Of a DNA stretch of 39,576 nt, positions 27,644-35,955 are shown piece by piece. The notes beneath the pieces were generated by a model. That model had not been told where the DNA came from. It saw nothing but the letters and a program-made list of their open reading frames with translations, and made no database searches. The stretch comes from a virus (taxonomy: Duplodnaviria > Caudoviricetes), in the IMG/VR virus record IMGVR_UViG_3300025018_000274, positions 1 to 39,576 of that record; one strand, 5' to 3'. Positions within the stretch are counted from its first letter, which is position 1. The number at the start of each line of letters is the position of its first letter. The position numbers and the translations under genes are program-made.

Positions 27644-27672
27644 ATTATAAAAGAAAAAATTTTTCTTATCAA
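27644..27672 (-). promoter_or_regulatory. sigma70/sigmaA promoter TTGATA-17-TATAAT
   Basis: Near-consensus; upstream of the AGGGAG RBS of the AAA gene. Confidence 0.75.
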
Positions 27673-27697
27673 TAAAAATTTTTGAGTGTTCTTGTTG

Positions 27698-27707
27698 GTA
27701 AAGTTAA
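27698..27707 (+). promoter_or_regulatory. Putative late promoter GTAAAGTTAA
   Basis: Shared motif, 33 nt upstream of the neck gene ATG. Confidence 0.7.
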
Positions 27708-27740
27708 AAATAGTAAGATTTACTTAAAGAAGGAAATCCA

Positions 27741-30182
27741 ATGAAGGAAATTTTTAGAAATATAACATACAGCGATGAAAGTTTGTTCGTTCATAAGAAC
27801 GATAAAGTTTCGCTAAAAGAGTATGTTGATAACATCGTAGCATACGCATCTTTTGATCAGACATTTGATCTTGATTATTTCTCTGGAACAAAAACAGCAA
27901 CAGGTGGCTCTGTCTCTCTATTAGAGAATTTAGACGCTACTCCAATGTCTTTAGGCGGGAAACATTTAGTTCTCTCTGATGAAATTTTATATAATAAAAA
28001 TAATTTTGTCAACTTAAAAAAGCCAACCCTAAAGTTCTATCTTAGACCTTGGTATTCTAATGGTTACGGACAACAATATTTAAAAAATGCTAGTATAGTA
28101 ATTGACGCAAACTCTGCTGGTGACTATGAAATAACAATAATAGTAGCAGAAGAACTTCTAGGGACATTTACAGTTACTTTAGCTGATGGAGATACTCAAA
28201 ATATAGTTTGGGGAAAAATCGCTACAGCTATTTCTTCTGTGTCAGCTAGAATAACTTTAGCTGAAGATGCAACTTTATCAAAGCTTTATTTTAGAGGTTC
28301 TTTAGTTGGTGAGGGAGTATCTGTAGCTATAACAACAAATGCTATTGATGGTAGTGTTCTTAGTTTAGAGGAAGCAGTTTTATATAATACTCCAACAACA
28401 GATATAACCCTTATTTCTTTTACCAATGAAGTAGACAACTCAAGAAAATTTGAGTTTATTCACACAACTGATGGCTGGATAAAAGTAAGACTTTATAGCT
28501 CTACCTCTTCTATAGTTTTTGAAGAAAATGTCATTAAATGGAGTAATCATCACAATATCTGGGATTTCTTTGAAGTTCATATAGAAGATGAAAGTTTAAT
28601 TTTCTTTCTTAATGGTAGATTAAAAAGGTTTTTTGTTTTAGATAATTATTTCTGTGATTTTTCAGATTTATATTTAAAGCTTAAAGCAGATCCAGTTTAT
28701 CAATACAGATTTGATAATTTACTTGTTCTTAGCGAAATAGATAATATGAGATCCTATGAGGTTTCAGAATATCCTCTTACCAGATACACAACTTCAAGAC
28801 CTTATATAGAAATTGATTTTGGTTCTGGTTTCAGTAATGAAGCTATAATGGGCATTTCTCTATTAGCATCTGAAAATACTAGATACATAATTCAAAAAGA
28901 TACTGACTACTATTTTTGGTTTGGAAATTCTTGGATAGAATCCGATGGATCTTTCTCGCAATCTTCTGCTCCAGAATATCTGGAATCTTATATAAATGAT
29001 TTTATTTTTATAGAAGATGCAGAAGTAAAGTTTAGAATATATTTCGACTCTGATGGCCTAAAAGATGCTTGGGTAGATGCAATAGAGTTTGATTATATTA
29101 GAGACGAAGACACAACAGCTAAAGTTCTTGGAGCAAGAATAGTAGATGCGACTACTGATTTATCAGTAGATAAAGAAATTACAATAACTACCTCCACAGG
29201 AACTTATGTTGTAGATTTATCTTCAGAAGCAATTGATGATACAGCAGTAACTAGAGAAGAAATTCTTCAAGCTATTGATGCAGCTGAAATCGACGATTTA
29301 AAATTAGCAAGGTTTGATGGATATAATAGATTATTCCTAGAAACAGAAAGCACTGGCGAAGAAGCTTTTATCTCAGTAAGCGCAGGGGCTAACACTAATG
29401 CTCTTCCTCTCGTATGGGGATTTGCTGTAGAGGATAGAGGCGAAGATAAAGAAATAATAGACAAGCCTATGGATTTCTCACCTGTGTATCACTACATTAG
29501 AACTCAGCTTGGTCATCCAGTTACTCCAGTTGAATTAACAGACGATCAGCTTTTAAATTGCGTTGGAGAAGCTATCTATGAATTTAAGAAGTGGAGAAAC
29601 TTTAAGGAAGAAATGATATATACTAGACTTAATGGAAACGTTAAAGATGGTTACGAAATTCCTTCTATCGTTGGTGGGGAAGAAAATATAATTGATGTAA
29701 TCGTAAAGCCAAAATTCCATCTTGGTCACTATGCTTTGCAAGATGAGCTTATGGATAATATCTATGTTCAAAGATTTTTTCATCAAAAGAATATAATGGC
29801 TAACGCCGCTGACTATCATATTTCTTTGATGGCTCAAAAAGATTTAAGAATAGCATTAAATCAAGAAACAAAAATTGAGTTTATTAATAGAAGAATTTTT
29901 ATTCATCCAGAACCATCAAATCTTGATATAGCAATAAAATATAAAAGCCCTCTTTCTATTAGTGAAATAAATAACGAAATATATGTAAGAAGACTTGCTT
30001 TGGCTAATGCTAAGGTTGTTTTAGGAACTATACGATCTACCTTTGGAAATGAAATTCCTGGCGGAGAAAGTATGATACGATTAAATGGCGATGCTCTAAT
30101 TCAAGAAGGAAAGCAAGATATTACCGCTATAGTAGAAGAAATGAGAAAAAGCACTTCGGTTTACGATTGGCTTTTTGAATAA
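27741..30182 (+). CDS. Neck protein (gp13-like C-terminal domain) with long N-terminal beta-rich extension
   Basis: YIRTQLGHPVTPVELTDDQL..CVGEAI and ALANAKVVLG.IRS.F...IPGG...LNG.ALIQEG are gp13-type motifs in the last ~240 aa. Confidence 0.8.
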   Translation: MKEIFRNITYSDESLFVHKNDKVSLKEYVDNIVAYASFDQTFDLDYFSGTKTATGGSVSLLENLDATPMSLGGKHLVLSDEILYNKNNFVNLKKPTLKFYLRPWYSNGYGQQYLKNASIVIDANSAGDYEITIIVAEELLGTFTVTLADGDTQNIVWGKIATAISSVSARITLAEDATLSKLYFRGSLVGEGVSVAITTNAIDGSVLSLEEAVLYNTPTTDITLISFTNEVDNSRKFEFIHTTDGWIKVRLYSSTSSIVFEENVIKWSNHHNIWDFFEVHIEDESLIFFLNGRLKRFFVLDNYFCDFSDLYLKLKADPVYQYRFDNLLVLSEIDNMRSYEVSEYPLTRYTTSRPYIEIDFGSGFSNEAIMGISLLASENTRYIIQKDTDYYFWFGNSWIESDGSFSQSSAPEYLESYINDFIFIEDAEVKFRIYFDSDGLKDAWVDAIEFDYIRDEDTTAKVLGARIVDATTDLSVDKEITITTSTGTYVVDLSSEAIDDTAVTREEILQAIDAAEIDDLKLARFDGYNRLFLETESTGEEAFISVSAGANTNALPLVWGFAVEDRGEDKEIIDKPMDFSPVYHYIRTQLGHPVTPVELTDDQLLNCVGEAIYEFKKWRNFKEEMIYTRLNGNVKDGYEIPSIVGGEENIIDVIVKPKFHLGHYALQDELMDNIYVQRFFHQKNIMANAADYHISLMAQKDLRIALNQETKIEFINRRIFIHPEPSNLDIAIKYKSPLSISEINNEIYVRRLALANAKVVLGTIRSTFGNEIPGGESMIRLNGDALIQEGKQDITAIVEEMRKSTSVYDWLFE

Positions 30183-30194
30183 TAGGAGTTATTA

Positions 30195-30812
30195 ATGAAA
30201 AGTTTCTCAGAGCACTTACTTTTAAAAGAAGAAGAAGAAATAGATATTCAATTAAATGAAGATCCATTTACTGTTATGTCTCTTGTTTTTGGATACTCTT
30301 TAAATGTTTTAATAGTAGGATTTGGAGCAAGACTAATGTTTGGGGATGGTGGAATAAGTAATGCAGTTTCTTCTGTAGTTAAATTCTTTAAGAGAAGCGG
30401 AAAAAATGTTTCTAGACAGGATGCAGAAAAAGTAGTAAGAAAAATGAATATAGATCCTGTTGTAGATAAAGTAGATCAACAATTAAAAAGTGAAGAAAAA
30501 AAGTTTGACCAAAAATTCTCTGATGTTGTAAAAGCAATAGAAAATAAGAATGCAGAAGAAGCTTTAGAGCAAATAAAAGATCTTCCTCTAAGTCTTAGAA
30601 AATCTCCAGAGCTTAACAAACTGGTGGTTGTAAAATCATCTGAGGCGTTTGACGAGCCACCTATTCACTTTGGCAACACTGGGAACGAAACCTATATGTT
30701 TATAAAAAAAGTTCTTGGAATAAAAGAGGCTAAAGCAGCTGCAGAGACAGTAAAACTAGCTTTATCAAAATATGCTAAGAATTTAGTAGAGGAAAAAGAT
30801 GCCAATAATTAG
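30195..30812 (+). CDS. Hypothetical protein with capsid-targeting-like leader and hydrophobic segment
   Basis: MKSFSEHLLLKEEEEIDIQLNE followed by FTVMSLVFGYSLNVLIVGFGA; AGGAG RBS. Confidence 0.7.
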   Translation: MKSFSEHLLLKEEEEIDIQLNEDPFTVMSLVFGYSLNVLIVGFGARLMFGDGGISNAVSSVVKFFKRSGKNVSRQDAEKVVRKMNIDPVVDKVDQQLKSEEKKFDQKFSDVVKAIENKNAEEALEQIKDLPLSLRKSPELNKLVVVKSSEAFDEPPIHFGNTGNETYMFIKKVLGIKEAKAAAETVKLALSKYAKNLVEEKDANN

Positions 30813-31626
30813 TCCGAACAAAGACTATATTTCTTATATGAATGATTTTTATATAAAGAATAATGGTATAAAAGTTCTAATATTTAAACTAGATAAAAAA
30901 AGAACTCAAATAGACGATCTTTATATGGAAGAGAGAGGTGGAAGAATTTACCTTCCGCCATTTGAATTAAATGCAATGTATTTTGATCCAAAGTTTCAAG
31001 GTGTTCTTGGTCTTAATTTATTCTCACAAGAACTAGTTGCAGGCTCAGGAAATCAATTATTTTATTTTAACTTTGATACAATGGTTAAGAAGCACTTTGA
31101 ACTTAAAAATGGATTAGTAAAGACAAAACTTATTATAACTTATTCTGGAAGTGAAAAGTTTGAAATAGAAGCAGATGGACAAAGTTTCAGCGTTTATAAA
31201 ATAGATGAGCAAATAGCAAAAGTTGAATATAATAGTTTTAGAACTATAGAGAAGTTAGTAAATAATTTAAATACTATATCTGGAGTAACAGCAAGCTTTG
31301 AAGGGGAAAACTGCCCTTCAAAATTTATTGGTATATTTTCTAAAGTAAATATTACAAAAAGAATAGCTGAAGTAGAAATAAAAGATGATATTTATAAAAA
31401 CATAACAGACGTTGTTCAAAGTGGCGATATAATTATAACAGAAAAAAATGATGCTTTTGAAGCTGTTGAAGGTAACTTAGAAGGAAATTTTGGTTGGAAA
31501 TATGCTACTTATAAAGTTACCTGTAAATCTGCTGATATTAGACAAGCTTCTTTACCTGGTTTTTCTGCAAATAGCTATACAAGAAATAGAAGCGGAGTTA
31601 CTTCTTACATAGAAATGGAGAAGTAG
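30799..31626 (+). CDS. Head completion / neck protein (gp14-like) with insertion
   Basis: GIKVLIFKL...DDLYMEE, ELNAMY, GDIII..FE, YKVTC pattern; position after the gp13-like gene. Confidence 0.6.
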   Translation: MPIISPNKDYISYMNDFYIKNNGIKVLIFKLDKKRTQIDDLYMEERGGRIYLPPFELNAMYFDPKFQGVLGLNLFSQELVAGSGNQLFYFNFDTMVKKHFELKNGLVKTKLIITYSGSEKFEIEADGQSFSVYKIDEQIAKVEYNSFRTIEKLVNNLNTISGVTASFEGENCPSKFIGIFSKVNITKRIAEVEIKDDIYKNITDVVQSGDIIITEKNDAFEAVEGNLEGNFGWKYATYKVTCKSADIRQASLPGFSANSYTRNRSGVTSYIEMEK

Positions 31627-31629
31627 ATT

Positions 31630-31908
31630 TTGAATGAACTATTTGAAGCATACACAGATTTTGTCTCAGAAACTTATGAGTATCTTACAGAACAGAAGAT
31701 ACAAGTTATAGTTGCAAAAATTTCTACTAATGAAAATGTTAAGTCAGCAACTTTTTATGCTGGTTTAATTGAGATAGAATTAAATGATGAATTTATAGAA
31801 GATAATAAACAATCTATTATTGACGTTTTCTTATATGGAGGGGTTTTGAGAAAGAAGGTTGGAGAAGACATACAAACAGTCAGAATAGAGGGCTATGGAG
31901 CGTTATAA
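31630..31908 (+). CDS. Hypothetical protein
   Basis: TTG start with GGAG RBS; coupled to the next gene (TAATG). Confidence 0.65.
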   Translation: MNELFEAYTDFVSETYEYLTEQKIQVIVAKISTNENVKSATFYAGLIEIELNDEFIEDNKQSIIDVFLYGGVLRKKVGEDIQTVRIEGYGAL

Positions 31909-32564
31909 TGAAGACTAAAAGACCTAACTACCCATTATTCAAAGAATACACAGAAGAGATAAGAAATTTTTTAAGAGAGACCTGCTATTTTGAAGGTGTT
32001 CCAGAAGAGAAAAACATTTCTGTTTTTCATACTACCCCACCAAGAGCTTTTGTTAATGTTATAGCTCCTCTAATAAACAGAAAACAATTTAGACCAATTG
32101 TTAGTTTTAATTTAGCGTCATCTGAAATTTTAAGAAATGAACTCGGCCTTGGTTTTGTTAAAAAATATGAAATAAATAAAGACGAAGGATATATAAGACA
32201 GAACAGGCACCCTATACCTTTTAAGTTAAACTATCAGGTAGTTTTTTGGACAGAAACAAAAACACAAGCAGATATTATCGCAACTCAACTTTACCTAGCT
32301 GGAAATCAAAATAGAAAATGGGTAGCAAAAGTAAGAGGGCATTTTATTGAAGTGGAAGTTTCTAGTATAGAAAATCAAACAAATCTAGAACCTGGACCAG
32401 TTCAAGACGTAGCGTTTCGTTACGGCGGAACAATTTCTATATCAAAAGCTATACTTCCTTATGACTACTTAGAGTATGGTGGTTTCATCGAAAAAGCTTC
32501 GCTTGAGTTTGGCGTAAATGATGAGACAGACACTGAATTAATGGAGCAAGGATATGACGTTTAA
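31908..32564 (+). CDS. Tail completion / sheath terminator protein (gp15-like)
   Basis: RPIVSF and PIPFKLNYQVVFWTETKTQADIIATQL pattern; position before the sheath. Confidence 0.65.
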   Translation: MKTKRPNYPLFKEYTEEIRNFLRETCYFEGVPEEKNISVFHTTPPRAFVNVIAPLINRKQFRPIVSFNLASSEILRNELGLGFVKKYEINKDEGYIRQNRHPIPFKLNYQVVFWTETKTQADIIATQLYLAGNQNRKWVAKVRGHFIEVEVSSIENQTNLEPGPVQDVAFRYGGTISISKAILPYDYLEYGGFIEKASLEFGVNDETDTELMEQGYDV

Positions 32565-32730
32565 AATAAAGAATAAAACAGGAACACCTTTGAAAGTTGC
32601 AGGAAGAACTCTAATGACAGAAATGTTTCTTGAGAACTCAGAAATAGATGAAACAGTAAGGAATTTAGAGAAGATGGGTGTTATAAGAATAACAAAAGTG
32701 AGAGGTAGTAAAAACTCCTCAAAAGTCTAA
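32554..32730 (+). CDS. Small hypothetical protein (58 aa), absent from the ORF track
   Basis: GGAG/AAGGA RBS; MTFKIKNKTGTPLKVAGRTLMTEMFLENSEIDETVRNLEKMGVIRITKVRGSKNSSKV fills the gap before the sheath promoter. Confidence 0.7.
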   Translation: MTFKIKNKTGTPLKVAGRTLMTEMFLENSEIDETVRNLEKMGVIRITKVRGSKNSSKV

Positions 32731-32750
32731 AATATTAAAAAAACCTCTCG

Positions 32751-32760
32751 GTAAAGATAT
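32751..32760 (+). promoter_or_regulatory. Putative late promoter GTAAAGATAT
   Basis: Shared motif (last base differs), 43 nt upstream of the sheath ATG. Confidence 0.65.
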
Positions 32761-32803
32761 AATAAAATGAATTTTTTTGAACTTAAATTTTTCGGAGGAA
32801 AAA

Positions 32804-34810
32804 ATGGCTAAATCTCCATCAATTAGCATTTTTGAAAATGATTTATCCGCTTATGTAGACACTACTACTGCAAGTATTCCCGCAATAGTTGGCTTCTCTA
32901 CAAAAGGCGAATTTTTCAAAGCAAAAAAGGTTTTTGGACTTAAGGACTTTGAAGCAAATTTCGGTAAGGCACCTGCAGAAGATCCATGGACTTATCTTAC
33001 TGTAAAAAGAGCCTTCAATCAAACTGGACAGATTTTATTTATGAGAGTTGGAAATACTGCAACTGCTCTAAAGTCTGAAGAAGATATTTTATCTCAGCAA
33101 GAAGTTACTGGAACTTCTGCTTACGCTTCTTTGAATATTATTTTTGCAACTTCTAGCGTTTCTATAGTTGCCGATCAGGGTTTTACTTTAACAGTAACCG
33201 ACTGGAATGGAACTCTTGATGAAACAATCCAAATCAATTTTGAAACTGATTTGGGACTAACGGCTGGAAGCACTGTTACAAGAACTGCTTTTGCTGAAGC
33301 TTTAAATTCTTTCTTTGCAAATGACGTATCATACTCTACATACTTAAGAAGCTATGTAAATAGTATTACTGGAAACGTAGTAATAGAAACTACAGGAACA
33401 ATTTTTGCTGGAAGAACCGTTGCTATATCTAATGAACCTACTATTGGCGATGAAGAATTTTCTGTTTACTTTATTGGAGGTTCCGTTTCTTTGGGAACAG
33501 CTGTTGTAGAAAAAGCAAACGATCAAATCGGATCAATTGGTTTCAATGTTACCGTTGAAGCTAAGCAATTCGGAACTCACGGAAACAGCATTTCTGTAGT
33601 AAAAGATTCTAGAGTTTCTGCAGTTGATCAGAGCGTTATTCATAGAATTTCAGTATTCTCTTATGGCATTCAGGTAGAGCAATTCGATAATGTTTCTCTT
33701 GACCCTACCTCAGCTACTTTCTTTGCTAGAGTTATTAATGCAGATCCAGATAACGGTGGTTCAAGTTATATTTCTTTCCCTGACTGGAATAGCGAAGAAG
33801 AAGCTTGGGCAATAGATACTGCTACTTTTATTGTTGTAGAAGATAGCGAAGAAGATATTCTTGGATTTGCCAGTGGAGACCAAATTCTTATCAATGGAAG
33901 CTATATGCTTTCTGGCGGTAATGATGGTATAATTGATAATCCAGCTTCTTTGTTTATCACTGCTCTATCTTCTAATGGAGACCTTGGAAACACTGATGAG
34001 TTTACTTTTGATTACCTTGCCACTCCAGCAATTCAGAACTCAGCCGTTGTTGATGCAGCTATTCAGCTTGCAGAGAACGGAGATAAGCAAGACTTTATCT
34101 ATATTGCTGACCCTGAATTTGGTTATACCTCAGATCAAGTAATTAAGTGGCACAATGGTCAATTGGGAGAAGCACAAGCTCTTAATTCAGAATTCGTAGC
34201 TACATACTGGCCTTGGCTCAAAGACACCCATCCTACTACTGGAGAGGTTATTTGGGTTCCACCTAGTGTTTTTATGGTTGAAAAATTCTTGTTTGTTGAC
34301 AAGTCTTTTGGCCCTTGGTTCGCTCCAGCTGGAGAGAAGAGAGGAATTCTTTCAGCAAGGGGTTATCAATTTAATCCTTCTAAATCTGTAAGAGATCAAT
34401 TGTATGGAGATCAGAATGCAGTTAACCCAATTACATTCTTCTCTGGAAAAGGTCTTATAGTTTTCGGACAAAAAACAACTTTGAGAACTCTCTCTGCTAA
34501 GAATAGACTTAGCGTAAGAAGAATGCTTAATAGTCTTAAGAAGCAAATGAAGACTGTTCTTGACTCCATCTTGTTTGACCCAAATATTCCTGCTACTGTT
34601 AATGAAGCAAGAAACAGGCTAAACAACATACTTGAAAGAGTAAGACAAAATGGTGGAATTGATAAGTTCTCTGTTTTCTTTGATCCAGATCCTGCACTCG
34701 CACAACAAAATATTCTTAAGGGAATTGTTACGATAGTTCCTTTTGGAACAGTTGAGAACATTGAGCTATACATCAATACTCAACAAGTTGGTTCTGAAAT
34801 TACTGGCTAA
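32804..34810 (+). CDS. gp18: Tail sheath protein (gp18-like)
   Basis: Start at 32804 (GGAGG RBS); SPSISIFENDLS, LSGGNDG, YWPW, VPPS, PWFAPAG..RG, LY...VNPI, VFGQKT, SVRRML. Confidence 0.95.
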   Translation: MAKSPSISIFENDLSAYVDTTTASIPAIVGFSTKGEFFKAKKVFGLKDFEANFGKAPAEDPWTYLTVKRAFNQTGQILFMRVGNTATALKSEEDILSQQEVTGTSAYASLNIIFATSSVSIVADQGFTLTVTDWNGTLDETIQINFETDLGLTAGSTVTRTAFAEALNSFFANDVSYSTYLRSYVNSITGNVVIETTGTIFAGRTVAISNEPTIGDEEFSVYFIGGSVSLGTAVVEKANDQIGSIGFNVTVEAKQFGTHGNSISVVKDSRVSAVDQSVIHRISVFSYGIQVEQFDNVSLDPTSATFFARVINADPDNGGSSYISFPDWNSEEEAWAIDTATFIVVEDSEEDILGFASGDQILINGSYMLSGGNDGIIDNPASLFITALSSNGDLGNTDEFTFDYLATPAIQNSAVVDAAIQLAENGDKQDFIYIADPEFGYTSDQVIKWHNGQLGEAQALNSEFVATYWPWLKDTHPTTGEVIWVPPSVFMVEKFLFVDKSFGPWFAPAGEKRGILSARGYQFNPSKSVRDQLYGDQNAVNPITFFSGKGLIVFGQKTTLRTLSAKNRLSVRRMLNSLKKQMKTVLDSILFDPNIPATVNEARNRLNNILERVRQNGGIDKFSVFFDPDPALAQQNILKGIVTIVPFGTVENIELYINTQQVGSEITG

Positions 34811-34837
34811 TTAAAAAAGTAAGTATTTTTTAACCTG

Positions 34838-34866
34838 ACGGAATTCGAAAGAGTTCCGTTTTTTTT
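34838..34866 (+). terminator. Intrinsic terminator after the sheath
   Basis: ACGGAATTC-GAAA-GAGTTCCGT followed by T7. Confidence 0.88.
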
Positions 34867-34875
34867 ATGGCAAAA

Positions 34876-34905
34876 AAAAAGAGCGATATTTAAATCGCTC
34901 TTTTT
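34876..34905 (-). terminator. Intrinsic terminator for the minus-strand genes
   Basis: AAAAAGAGCGAT-ATTTAA-ATCGCTCTTTTT overlapping the stop at 34890. Confidence 0.75.
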
Positions 34906-35399
34906 ACCCAGACTCCTGCCACATCAGGGATTTGTGATGTGTTCGCAACCATTGTATTCCATATGTCTATAGCTGTCAAGAAACCGTCTCCGGTCTCATT
35001 AATCTTTTCAAGGTTCAAACAATAACAAGCTATCCAAAAATACCTTTCTGAAGGTAAAACTAAATTAGTATCTAACTTATAAAGACTTTCTATTTTAAAA
35101 GCCCCTATAGCCGTTCTGTTACTTTCGTTATCTATAAACGTTGAATACAATGGATCGCTAGTGTCTGGATAAACAATTTCCGAAGGAACTTCAGACACTG
35201 ATGAATTTACTATAATTTTATCTACACTATCAGAAGTAGTAGAATTTATTAAAAAATTTTGCTTTGCTTCTGGATAATCATACTCAGATTTTAATTTATT
35301 AAAATCCTGTGGATATTGAATCCACGTTTTAGAGTCTTCTCTTATATCTTTCCGCAATGATAAAATTGTTCTAATATCATTAATTAAATTATTAAGCAT
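34890..35399 (-). CDS. Hypothetical protein (probably late)
   Basis: 169-aa ORF, second gene after a late motif. Confidence 0.7.
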   Translation of the reverse strand: MLNNLINDIRTILSLRKDIREDSKTWIQYPQDFNKLKSEYDYPEAKQNFLINSTTSDSVDKIIVNSSVSEVPSEIVYPDTSDPLYSTFIDNESNRTAIGAFKIESLYKLDTNLVLPSERYFWIACYCLNLEKINETGDGFLTAIDIWNTMVANTSQIPDVAGVWVKRAI

Positions 35400-35402
35400 A
35401 CT

Positions 35403-35762
35403 TTATTGAATAGTTTTACTTGTAGAAATTCCTACGCCATTAATAGAAAAACTATCTTTCAAAACTTTTCCTACAGTAGCATCTATTAAAACATCTTGCT
35501 TCACGTTTTTAGCAAACTCTGAAGATAGTAGCACATCTTTTTTGCCAACTGAAGTTGCAATGGATTCTATAGTTACATCTGTTTTAGATTGTAAGTCTTG
35601 ATTAATATCTAAGCTATTTTCAATTTTGTTTTGGCCATCGAATGAACTAGGAAGTTCTACAGAAAGCTTGTTTGATGCTCCAACGGATGCGTCTATTGCA
35701 ATTTCCGTTCTTTTTGACGCACTGTTGAAGGTTGACAAAGCGTTATCTGATAAATCTGACAT
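35403..35762 (-). CDS. Hypothetical Ser/Thr-rich protein (probably late/structural)
   Basis: AGGAG RBS; late motif upstream. Confidence 0.75.
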   Translation of the reverse strand: MSDLSDNALSTFNSASKRTEIAIDASVGASNKLSVELPSSFDGQNKIENSLDINQDLQSKTDVTIESIATSVGKKDVLLSSEFAKNVKQDVLIDATVGKVLKDSFSINGVGISTSKTIQ

Positions 35763-35792
35763 TATTTTTTTCTCCTAAAGTTAATTGTTATA

Positions 35793-35802
35793 TTAACTTT
35801 AC
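35793..35802 (-). promoter_or_regulatory. Putative late promoter GTAAAGTTAA
   Basis: Shared motif, 30 nt upstream of ATG 35762. Confidence 0.65.
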
Positions 35803-35955
35803 CTACAACCTATCCTTGAAAAGTAAATGGAGAAAAGTTATTGCGATGGCAGTCCAAAATACAGCAGAAGAAGGAAACAGCCCTATAAAGTAAGTTAGTG
35901 TAATTACTGCCCCGACTACTATTATTAATTTTAATATTCCCCAAAGTTCTATCAT
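35803..35955 (-). CDS. 50-aa two-helix membrane microprotein, absent from the ORF track
   Basis: GAGGA RBS; ATGA overlap with the peptidase stop; MIELWGILKLIIVVGAVITLTYFIGLFPSSAVFWTAIAITFLHLLFKDRL. Confidence 0.75.
   Translation of the reverse strand: MIELWGILKLIIVVGAVITLTYFIGLFPSSAVFWTAIAITFLHLLFKDRL

Noticed and set aside
35848-35911. GGCAGT...ACTGCC pairing suggesting a structured ncRNA in an apparent intergenic gap
   Set aside because: Better explained by the 50-aa membrane ORF 35803-35955; no tRNA or ribozyme core seen
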